A stretch of DNA of 64,000 nucleotides. It comes from Octopus bimaculoides. Lineage: Eukaryota. A model generated the notes under the pieces. It worked only from the letters and a program-made list of their open reading frames with translations, had not been told where the DNA came from and made no database searches. The stretch is taken from NCBI RefSeq assembly GCF_001194135.2, contig NC_068998.1:21847640-21911639 (forward strand). The letters are read 5' to 3'. Below, piece by piece: positions 53,136-64,000 of the stretch. The stretch's first letter is position 1. Each line of letters starts with the position of its first letter. The translations under genes and the position numbers were made by a program.

Positions 53136-53842
53136 ATCTGGAGGGCTAACATGTGTAGCACAAGAAAAATCTGGGTACTGACATTCGTATGTATGGTAGG
53201 GAAAGCTTTTAAGGAATCTCGCATAACACAAGGGGAGAAACTTATTCTGAAACAACAAAATATTTTTCGAGGCTCTCTGTTTAGAGACTGCATAAGAAAA
53301 TGGAAGACAAATGTAGTATGATGGGCAGACATGTTATTCAAAGGGCGTTTTTATGTCTGGAAATTACATTAAATGTGTCTTTACTAGGACAACAACGATA
53401 ATATTGTTAATTTATTTGTTGAGGGTGAATAATATGTAATATTTATTCGAAAAGTCCAGGTTTTAATCCCACTTTTCTACGTTATATAATCAAAAGCGCT
53501 ACGCAATATCATAAATACTAGAAAGATATACGCGAAATATAATCGATGTCTAAATTGCATTTTCACAGCATTTATGGCTATAAATTACTTGAAAATGGAA
53601 AATATGATCTACAGTAATGAAATAACGGCATGCAACAATTTGCATTCTCAAATACAGATGAATTTACATATAATAGTAAAGAAAACAGATTTTACTGTTT
53701 AGTTAATACCATATTCGAACCATAAGAAACGTTATACCAGCTACAAATCGGTCAAACCTCAAAATTCTTAAGCATCGATATATTTGATTAGTACAGTTGA
53801 ATTGCATTTTATACACACTCACACACACACATGTACAGAAAA

Positions 53843-53903
<61 letters not shown>

Positions 53904-54559
53904 CATATATATTGTATGCGCTGTCTATGTGTGATTATTGAAATACATATTTATATACACTATGCAGAATAAGCAAGTCGTTAGAAGCGTAATTTCATTT
54001 TCACCTCAAATAGTTAATGCTACTAAATTATAGTACCCAAACATTAAACAATTAATGAATAATTTAGCTTCTAGAGAAAAAGAAACAAAGCTCCAAATAA
54101 AATATAAATGAAGCTACGATTAACATTTTTTCCCGTTTTTCTGATGCTTCTTTATACTGCAGACAGTCAACACACATTAGATACATTAAATGTATAGACA
54201 ATAGAGGAAATATACACATGAGCTGAATGAATATAGTGATAATTACCATCGAGAATGGATAACTCAAATAAAAGAGAAGGCAGACCTATTTAATGACATG
54301 ATATTCCGACATGAATGGCCCATTGACTGAAAATGAAAGAGGAGAGAATAAACAATTTACATGCGAAATCCAAACATCAGATGGATGTGAAAATAAAGAA
54401 AAGTGCCACAATTACGAGGAAAGAAAAACAATTGATAACTTCAAATGAGGAGAAAATGGATATATTGGATGATAGCAAATAAAAACGATCAACACAAAGC
54501 ATCTAATCAATAAAGGGAAATAGGCATATTATATATCCGTATCTGGAAAATTATATTAG

Positions 54560-55600
54560 GCATTGCTAAAACAGTTTAAATATCCACATTAGACAGCAGA
54601 GTATGACGGCACAGTGGACAGGTTACGTTACAACAACAGAGAGATATTTGAACGTATTTGATGCTATTAAATAGCGAAACATTGAAAAATTTCAATGCGT
54701 GTGAACGCTGAATAGAACATAAAAAGTCATGAATTATATACGAATGAATTGATGTACTATGCAGAATAACATTCTGATTGCACACTCTTGTCTTCAAACC
54801 TGTCACACAGAGTGACGATTCGCTTGGATACAGCAACTGTAATCTTCATGTATAAGTTACCAACACCTGCTACTTTCCCCTGTCGATTTGTTTCATGTAA
54901 TATATGACTACTATTTTATAGTACCTTGGGTGGCGTTCGCAGGAAAGTATAATATGATATGAGCTAATATCACCAAAATTATTGTATGACTGTCAATTTC
55001 GTCAACATTTTGTTCTATTATCCAATATAATCCGGGATATCTTCCATTTTTAAAGTCACCACACGGATACGACATATCTAGGTTCCATATAAGCAGTTCT
55101 GAAACCTTGTATTAGTAGAAACAATATTACTGTCGTATTATTTCACGAAGTCCTCCATATGTTTGCCGTTTATTAGTATCGGTTAAGACCGAACATTTAA
55201 GCACCATCTGAGCATAAATCCCCCTACTAGTGAATAGAAAAATATATGCCAGGATGTTGATGGCTGTGATGCGTATGTTTTATCTACTTCTGAAATTCCA
55301 CTGAGGACAGTAACTGCTGTTTTCCAAAAGGTTCAATACCGTGGAACGCTCAACATATTACTTCCTATTCTTCATATTTCTCTTGCATTCGTCAATCATT
55401 GTGTATATATTGATGTATCAATTGGTAAAACATGTCGATGTTATGAATACGGGGCCCGTTCACAAGATTTTTCGCGCCGTCCATTGGTATGTTTGAAATA
55501 AATGAAGATTGTTCTAAATTATGACTATTATTGTATGCTTTCTTTTCAAATGGTGTCATAATTTTGTTTACGTATATCATGTCAAAACAGTTAGTCTAAT
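54560..55600 (-). mobile_element. Helitron PIF1-type helicase remnant
   Basis: Colinear decayed motifs: MTPFEKKAYN..NLVNGPRIHNIDMFYQL (cf. FLDGPGGTGKTFL), AQMVLK (cf. AHS.FK), LLIWNLDMS (cf. LIIWDECTM), IIL-GDI (cf. LL.GDFRQ), LCRHTLLSNVDI (cf. L.ERAILA.KN.DV). Confidence 0.6.
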
Positions 55601-56456
55601 GAAACAATTTATTGTCTGCTAATTCTAAAAATTTCCTACAAGAACTACCACAAAGCAATCGAAATATTCTCAAATAAGGTTTTACATGAACTCATAAATG
55701 ATCTATATACCTATTAGGGACGCTATTATATCTGGTGTTTGCCAACTCTTATTAGCCACAATTTTATTTCCAATTAGATCGCCTACAATTCTGAAACAAA
55801 TTCTCAATTACCAGTTATACAGCCAATGATTATACTAACTATACAGTTGTAAGTTATACCTGTATGTGAATATGAACGCGGAACAGCTGAATGACATTTA
55901 GAAGAACATGGGCCATGCAAAAGTAGAGTTATAGAAATCAATATGATAAATAATAAAAACATTGATGTTGAATACAATTTTGTGAAATTTTATATTTTTC
56001 GTATAATTTAATAGCCGTTTATAAATTATACTTTATTACCATAATATACATGAAATGATACTGTTATAGACTCAGCTTCATGCATTCAGCGATATCTTTT
56101 CATATTCAAACATTTAGAGTTACAAATTGTTTCTTTTATATCATAACTAATAATTTATGCATTAAGACTATATCTAATGTTTTATGCACCCTGTTATGTA
56201 CTATTCATTCGAATATATAGCAAAACAGCATTTATAACGTATTTTGACTGGTGATGACATAAAATACATTAATATTTTGTTGCTTATTGTCATATTGATG
56301 GTCTTATATTTTTTTAGGATTTCTGTTCGAATATTCAGAGATATTGCAGATCTTACAGATCTTAAATGATAAAGAATTTGGGTTGGTATATATATTTTAT
56401 CGACGTCTACATAGATACATAGATACATACACACACAGACACACACTCACAAAGAG

Positions 56457-56514
<58 letters not shown>

Positions 56515-56639
56515 TTGCGTATAGACACTGAAATACACGCCCAAACGCACTAGCTGGTGACGCCCGATCTTACGTCTGTGTAAGTGTAGCTGCCCGTGCA
56601 TGTATTAGCTAGTGCATATGTATGTACGGTTTTAAACGT

Positions 56640-56812
56640 TTTCACATAATTGACATGATGATTATATTCATGGTGATAAGAATGATAGTGTTAAATATGG
56701 AAATATATTCCAATGTAGTAGTATTAGTGGCGGTGTTGTTGCTGTTGTTGTTGGTGGTGTTACGTTGCTGTCGTCGTAGTAGTTGTAGTAGTAGCAGTAG
56801 CCGTAAAAACAG
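56640..56812. repeat. Mixed trinucleotide low-complexity tract (GAT/GTT/GTA)
   Basis: Directly visible. Confidence 0.85.
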
Positions 56813-58074
56813 AAGTAGATGAATCATGTATTTTATTTTCAATATGAACCATTTACTTTCTCTTATACCATTTCAATATCCTATAAAAATTAACCAATGG
56901 CAATAGAATAAATTTATCCCTTTTCATTCTAATACATTTGGAAAGAAATGACTAATATACAAAATATACGCTATCATACAAATATAATATCTACATACAC
57001 ACACATACACAACTGAATATATGTATATTTATATATATGCATGCATATATATCCATATATATTTATATATNNNNNNNNNNNNNNNNNNNNNNNNNNNNNN
57101 NNNNNNNNNNNNNNNNNNNNNNNNNNNNNNNNNNNNNNNNNNNNNNNNNNNNNNNNNNNNNNNNNNNNNNNNNNNNNNNNNNNNNNNNNNNNNNNNNNNN
57201 NNNNNNNNNNNNNNNNNNNNNNNNNNNNNNNNNNNNNNNNNNNNNNNNNNNNNNNNNNNNNNNNNNNNNNNNNNNNNNNNNNNNNNNTATATATATATTC
57301 ATTTTTGTGTGTGTATGTAAATTTCTGTAGATAAATCTATGTAGTTATCTCTCTATGTATACACATTTAAAAGTATATGTGTATATACATATTTACTCCC
57401 GTACACACACACACAGAGAAACACATGTATATGTATGTATATAAATTTCACATTCGTGTGTATGCTTGTGTGATGTTCTACTAATGTGCGTATGTGACCA
57501 CGTTTGTGCGTATTCTTTGTATCCACATGTGAAATTGTTCTTAATCCATACCATTCCCAAGCATGTCTTTTCAATTTGTATATCTACAAAATCATATTTG
57601 TTATATTTATGCATTTATATCGCTTAGTGATGATTGAAGACCATAACGTGTTTTTTGGTATTTATCTGCATTTGCTTTTTTTATATTATTTGTTCACGTA
57701 TTGGCTAATTTCCATGGCATCCATGTGAAATCAGTTTAAATACCGTATACATAAATGTAACAGTGAACTCTCATATTGTTCATAATGTGTGAATTTGCCC
57801 ATGATTGGGTTTCAATAACCAGAAAAGAAATGAGTTTTATCGATTCAAATCCAGTTTCAATTGGATATGATAGAATTCAATGCTGCATAAATATTGTGTT
57901 CTTTCTTATGACACAAGAACAATGATACAAGGCTTTTGTAAACATGAAACGCTTAAAATGAGAAAATTGTTTATGTTTTAATATTTTATATTTATACTTG
58001 ATAATTGTAGTATCAATGAAGAAGCATTTTCCAAAGTTGCATCTAATATTTCATTGAGTCTATTTATTTATGTT

Positions 58075-58286
58075 GATTTCGAATTTTGTCATAGGGACAG
58101 CAATTGCACGGAGGGTGTATGACCATGACATTTACCCCAGTGTCCAACCGGAACTGATTTTAGCAACCGAATTCAGGAAGAATAAAAGCAAAGCCGATCT
58201 CGGGGGAATTTGATCTCAGAACATAACTACAAAGTTCTGCAATGCGTTTTCCTCGGCATGCTAATGATTCTGTCAGCACGCCACCT
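58075..58286 (-). mobile_element. SINE type B-related copy
   Basis: aaagcaaagccgatctcgggggaatttgatctcagaac..ggcatgctaatgattctgtcagcacgccacc. Confidence 0.75.
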
Positions 58287-58317
58287 CAGTCTATCAAGTT
58301 ATATTGGTTTCAAATTT

Positions 58318-58500
58318 TACTTCAAGGCCAGCAATTTGTGGGAGGGGTTAAGTCGACCCCAGTATTCAACTTCTACTTGGTTTGTCGAACCCGATAAGAA
58401 GAAAAACAAAGTTAACATCAGCGGAAAATAAAATTCAGAATGTAAAGACCGACGAAACGCCGCTATGCATTTTGCCCGGCGTGCTACAGACTCAGATTGC
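58318..58500 (-). mobile_element. SINE type B copy
   Basis: aaggccagcaattt..gtcgaccccagta..aagaccgacgaaacgccgctatgcattttgcccggcgtgcta. Confidence 0.8.
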
Positions 58501-58684
58501 TCAGCGACACAGACTATTTGCATATATTAAAATCAATGTAAAGTTTAGATTCTGTACACTTTTTATGCACGAATCTCTAATAATATTTCCGAAAAACGAG
58601 GCTAGATATATAACCTTATAATATGCATTGAATCCTTAAACGCAAATTATTAATAATAACCGAAAGATATTTTATTTCTAAATT

Positions 58685-58870
58685 TAACCGATGCTGGAGT
58701 AGTTATGTCCCCGTAACTTAGCTTTTCGGTAAAAAAGACGATAGAATAAGTACGAGGCTTACTAAAAATATACGTCCTGGTGTCAATTTCTGCGACTATA
58801 ACTCTTTAAGGCGGCAATCTAGTGTGACCGTATTCAAATGACTGAAACAAGTAAAAGAATAAGAAATAAA
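58685..58870 (+). mobile_element. SINE type A 3' tail
   Basis: aaccgatgctgg..gtccccgtaacttagc..gatagaataagtacgaggcttac..aaatgactgaaacaagtaaaagaataag. Confidence 0.85.
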
Positions 58871-59573
58871 AGAAGAAAAGAATATATGTCATTCGGCCAC
58901 CAGTTGGGATTGCTTTTACACTGAATAATTTGAAGTTGCTGTTGGTATCATTCGGCATTAATGTATTGTATCACACATGTTTCATTTAGCAAAATATTCG
59001 AATTTCACATATTTCCAGATCTATACAATAACGTAAATACAAGAAAGAATTTTACACAATCGATTCATCTGCTCGTAATCGGAGACAAATATCTCCTGCA
59101 ATTACTCAGTTCCCTTGAAGGGAAATGATCCTTGCATGATATATACATAAATAATGAATGTGGGGAAAATAATCCGTTTTGTTTCTGTACATAGAACGTC
59201 ATTGATAACATATATATTAAGCTATTGATGACAGAATAAAACCAATATGTACATCAGCAATTAAGAGACAAACACATTTTGGATCTTGTAAATTACACAA
59301 GATTTACTGACACTAGCAGCTTATTCTATTTGAAATATCTTTCCCTGAATACTTTATACGTTTGGAATGTGCATAGAAGTTAAATGCAAGACAATTTTAT
59401 CTAAGGAAAAATGTCTGAAAGTAATATGAGTTTTCAGGAATGATGCTTAAATTACGCGAAGGAAATGGATACCAAACAACAATAAAAGATAGAGATAAAT
59501 ACAGAGTCTGAGAGAAAATAGAATTGGCTAGACAAAAAAACATCGGTATTTTAATAGTGTTTGTTACAAGCCT

Positions 59574-59765
59574 TTTCTACTCTAGGCACAAGGTCCATAA
59601 TGTTCTACTGTATGCACAAGGTCCAAAATTTTGAGCGGAGGCCCCCAGTCGATCATATCGACCCAAGTACGCAACTGGTACTCAATTTATCGTTACCGAA
59701 ATGATGAAAGGCAAAGTCGACCTCGGAGAAATTCGATCTCAGAGCGTAAAGACGAACAAAATACA
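59574..59765 (-). mobile_element. SINE type B copy
   Basis: ttttctactctaggcacaagg..cagtcgatcatatcgacccaagtacgcaactggtactcaatttatcg..gatgaaaggcaaagtcgacctcgg. Confidence 0.9.
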
Positions 59766-60102
59766 TCATGAAATAGTAAACTGCTATTTACTTGTCAATT
59801 ATTAACAGATTTGATAACAACTTGCCACAACAATATGAAAACTATGAAACTTTATAAGCAAACATAGCTAATGGCCATCAAGAAAACTTCCGAATTCTTC
59901 CTCAACCAGCATAAAACAACGCCAAAATCCTTGTATATCAGTCCCCGCATCTCAAAGATGGATGGTGAATTATAAGTCGTTCACAGAATATTCACAGCTG
60001 CAAAGCCTTTAAACATAAACTACCTTGTCTGCTGCCAAAGAACAAGAAGTATAGTAAACAAAAAGAAAAACGACAACATATAACGAAGAAACAAAATATG
60101 TA

Positions 60103-60571
60103 TGTGAAGTTATTTACAACTGACTTGTACATTTGTGATATCTCAGTTTTTCACTGACAGCATTTTCCTGGTGAATTCGAAATTTGCAAATATTTATAAA
60201 CAACTTCAATCAACATAAAGACAGTTGACGAACGAAACAGTGAATATCTGAGTAATGACGTATACATGCATTATGATAATATTAATACTAGATACACAGG
60301 TGTACATACGCTAAATATATCGCAATATTACTTTCAGTCTAAACGCACGGCTTACTGCGGCAATTGAATTTCCTCTGCACGCTCTGCATTAATACTATCA
60401 TAATGTATGTATACGTCATTACTCAGATATTCACTGTTTCGATCGTCAACTGTCTTTATGTTGATTGAAGTTGTTTATAAATATTTGCAAATTTCGAATT
60501 GACCAGGAAAATGTTGTCAGTGAAAAACTGAGATTTCACAAATGTACAAGTCAGTTGCAAATAACTTCACA
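60103..60571. repeat. Foldback/MITE-like long inverted repeat: 184-bp arms, 101-bp spacer
   Basis: 60103-60286 versus the reverse complement of 60388-60571: ungapped, 7 mismatches by manual alignment. Confidence 0.95.
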
Positions 60572-60629
60572 AACGTGTTTTACAGAAATACATTACGCAT
60601 CTAAACAGAGCTTGTGAATAAGTAAACCC

Positions 60630-60778
60630 AATGAATACCAGTGTGCAGCTTGTACTCATTTCACCGACCTCGACAAGACGCGAGGCAAAATTGAGAGTGG
60701 CGGAATCTAAACTCGTGACATAAAGACGGAGTAAATGTCGCAAAACTTTTAGTCTGGTGTATTAGGAGTTCTGCCAAA
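60630..60778 (-). mobile_element. SINE type B copy, decayed
   Basis: ccagtgtgcagcttgtactcatttcaccgacc..ggcaaaattga..ggcggaatctaaactc..aaagacggag..ttctgcca. Confidence 0.7.
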
Positions 60779-60997
60779 GAAGAAAGAGATGAAGAAAAAG
60801 ATGATGATGATGTGGAGGATGAAGAAAAACAAGAAGGAAAGAAGAAGATATGATGAAGATGATGATGATGATGATGATGATGATGATAATGATGATGAGG
60901 AGGAGGAGGAGGAGAGGGAGAAGTAGAAGAAAAATACGAAGAAGCGGAAGAGGGGAAGAAAGATGATGAGAAGGAGGAAGAAAGATGATGATGATGG

Positions 60998-61047
<50 letters not shown>

Positions 61048-61140
61048 CTGATGATGATGATGATGATGAAACGAAGAAGAGGCCGAGGGAGGAGGAGAAG
61101 AAGAAGAAATAAGTAGAGGAAGAAGGAGAAGGAGAAGCTA
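60778..61140. repeat. Compound (GAT)n/(GAG)n/(GAA)n trinucleotide tract
   Basis: Directly visible; abuts the SINE. Confidence 0.95.
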
Positions 61141-61854
61141 CATAATCAAAAACAAGAAACTAAGACCAACTGAAGATATGATTACAAAACTCAAAAATTA
61201 ATGAACTGATGTTATGTTTAGTTATGAACATAACATCACTCACAAATGAAAGAACAGTCAGGAGACAAGTTTTAGGCACATTGGATTAATAACTAAAACA
61301 GCCTTAACTACGTCTTAATATGATAATAAGCATCATTAATTAATGTTACTTTACTAGAAAGAAGCTATATTTGCCATAATCTCACTAATTGCGAAGCGAA
61401 ATGACATACTAAGTGGCCAATGGTAGACAAGAAAATGAAGTAAAGTACTGACTATTTAAAATATGAGCTCCAGATTCGATAAAGGAATAAATCTATATTC
61501 AAAACAAATATGTAGACCATGAGAATTCTGTTGCCAGCTTACTCTTAGAAAATAACTTCTCGTAACAAAAGTACGTTATGATCGGCAATCGCAAATAAAT
61601 ACAGTCGTATTTGATATGAAGGCAACAACAAAAACTTGCTCATTTCCTAGTAAAGCGAGAAAATATTCCAAGTTCTTAAGAAGGATAAACCAAAGAATGT
61701 TTTAAAAATTCCAATCATCAGCAAAATAGGGGCCTGAAGAATTCCACGGCAAAGTGAAAGCAAGAAAAACCTTTACATGGCCATTGACGCATAAACCACA
61801 ATGCTAGGAAAGTGACTTAGAGAATGGTAGAAACCGAGGTCAAAATAACAATAC

Positions 61855-61953
61855 TTTTTTCTACTCTAGGCACAAGGCCCGGAATTTTTGGGGAGGGGAC
61901 AGTCGGTTACATTTCCCCAGTACGCAAATGGTATTTAATTTATTGACCCTAAC
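61855..61953 (-). mobile_element. SINE type B 3' half
   Basis: ttttctactctaggcacaaggcccggaattttt..ccccagtacgcaaatggtatttaatttattgaccc. Confidence 0.85.
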
Positions 61954-62394
61954 ACATGTAAGACACAGCTAGTGCAGTGTTAATTTTGCCAAAGAAAACG
62001 CTTCTTAACAGAATGCTATATCTAGCATAAGATATCTGCAAAGGACACAGGAAAATTTTTCAAATGTTATGACCTACAGCCAGGGAACAACAGAACTCGC
62101 TGATTGTAAAAAGAGGGGCAATCCCATCATAATTTATCCGTTGGAAATGATGGAGATTCGATGGAGAAATATATAACAAATAACTAAAAGTTAAGAGGAT
62201 ACAGAAAACGTACTGACAGATTACTGAACAGATTTTATAGCATGTCATCAATAAGATTGAAAATCAAAGCATTGCACGTAACCATAGCATCGTAGTTATA
62301 GCGTGAAAACACAAAATGAAAATAAACGTATTGAAAACTGAAACTTTTTGTACATAATTTTTCTACTATAGCAGGAAGCCTTCAAATATTGAGG

Positions 62395-62580
62395 GAGATG
62401 GATTCTAGTCGATTACATCGACCCTAAACCACAGTTGGGTCTTTATGTTATCAACACCAAGAGTACGTAAGGGTAAGTCGATTTCGACACAATTTGAACT
62501 CAGAACGTGAAGACCGGCGTAATGATGCTCAGCTTTGATCCAGGCGCGCGAATGATTCTGCCAGCCACCTCTACGCCTTC
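62395..62580 (-). mobile_element. SINE type B copy
   Basis: gtcgattacatcgaccc..aatttgaactcagaacgtgaagac..gaatgattctgccagc. Confidence 0.75.
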
Positions 62581-62949
62581 TGATGATTATGCGATTTACA
62601 TCAATTATTATATCAGTTATCTCTTACAAACTTTGTAATTTTACACCATGATATTCTTCATACACGAAGATATTACTATTCGATATAAAATATTCTATTT
62701 ATTTTGACACATTATTCAGGCAGTCATTGCAAATGATATTACTACAAAATATTTTGCCCAGCCATTTGTCATGAGAATAATATAGAATTTAGAATACAAT
62801 TTCATCAACATACCAAAGCCATGATCTACCATCTTTCATTCCTTTTTGTAGCTGGCTGTGCTAAATCACTGGCTTAATCATCATATCTAATGAGATGTAT
62901 TATATTTATGGGTGTTTTAAAACGAGTGACAACTGAATTGTATATAAAT

Positions 62950-63026
<77 letters not shown>

Positions 63027-63859
63027 NNNNNNNNNNNNNNNNNNNNNNNNNNNNNNNNNNNNNNNNNNNNNNNNNNNNNNNNNNNNNNNNNNNNNNNNNN
63101 NNNNNNNNNNNNNNNNNNNNNNNNNNNNNNNNNNNNNNNNNNNNNNNNNNNNNNNNNNNNNNNNNNNNNNNNNNNNNNNNNNNNNNNNNNNNNNNNNNNN
63201 NNNNNNNNNNNNNNNNNNNNNNNNNNNNNNNNNNNNNNNNNNNNNNNNNNNNNNNNNNNNNNNNNNNNNNNNNNNNNNNNNNNNNNNNNNNNNNNNNNNN
63301 NNNNNNNNNNNNNNNNNNNNNNNNNNNNNNNNNNNNNNNNNNNNNNNNNNNNNNNNNNNNNNNNNNNNNNNNNNNNNNNNNNNNNNNNNNNNNNNNNNNN
63401 NNNNNNNNNNNNNNNNNNNNNNNNNNNNNNNNNNNNNNNNNNNNNNNNNNNNNNNNNNNNNNNNNNNNNNNNNNNNNNNNNNNNNNNNNNNNNNNNCACA
63501 CACAATTCACACACACACAAAAGTCTGGTGCTGTGAGAACACATGAGAATGACGTTTCCTTATTTTTCCAAATATACTCAAATATAAATTGATCTAATAT
63601 ACGATATCATTCATTCGGAATGTGTTGAAATGGGCCAAACAATTCAATTCCACACAAATATATGTTACTTTATATATAATTTATGTGTTAATTCTATTTA
63701 CTGAAACTTACTAACAAGCATATTTTGCTTTAAAGTAGTATCTCCTTGTAGACACAATTGTCAGTAATCATACTGTTTCCATTTCTCTCAGCCAATATTT
63801 TTACATACAGCTGACCATATGAGCAGAATTGTGTCGCCTTCTTCCACACACATATACAG

Positions 63860-64000
63860 CGTCACAGAATCTAGATTTCTTCTTGGATATGGATTGCCAC
63901 CTATCCAACTGGACGCTATCTGTAGGCCAGTTGAGCGAGCTAGACAACCTTGTTAATTATCATCAAACATTAAGGAAAGTGGAGCCGTTGTGGTATGAAG
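63860..64000 (+). CDS. Candidate host coding exon of unknown product, cut by the window edge
   Basis: Pyrimidine/AC-rich ..ccttcttccacacacatatacAG, then 46 stop-free codons SQNLDFFLDMDCHLSNWTLSVGQLSELDNLVNYHQTLRKVEPLWYE; GC-richer than flanks; no transposon motif recognised. Confidence 0.25.

Noticed and set aside
54576-54836. RING-finger-like TCPLCRH in an 86-aa ORF
   Set aside because: The other RING ligands are absent, and the segment fits the colinear Helitron helicase remnant.
60778-61140. Asp/Glu-rich acidic protein
   Set aside because: Compound trinucleotide repeat with stops and frame changes; no splice or ORF support.

Overview
AT-rich eukaryotic non-coding DNA from a gapped short-read assembly (10 N-gaps, nearly all flanked by microsatellites). 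The tRNA-derived SINEs and dense microsatellites suggest an octopus genome (inference from recalled repeat consensus, not a search). No intact host gene, rRNA, tRNA gene or CRISPR array is supported, and almost all listed ORFs are microsatellite or N-gap artefacts or transposon fragments. The window is a layered graveyard of decayed mobile elements: RTE-clade LINEs, Penelope-like elements, Tc1 DD34E, mariner, a maT/DD37D-like transposon, hAT/Buster, a Helitron helicase remnant and several SINE types. Best second looks: (1) the RTE LINE at 2.5-5.6 kb ends in three tandem C2H2 zinc fingers, two of them hidden behind a premature stop; (2) a 184-bp, 96%-identical foldback at 60.1-60.6 kb; (3) a Tc1 element with about 220-bp TIRs and an adjacent 89-bp mini-mariner; (4) nested insertions that order the element families in time; (5) a possible host coding exon cut by the right window edge.
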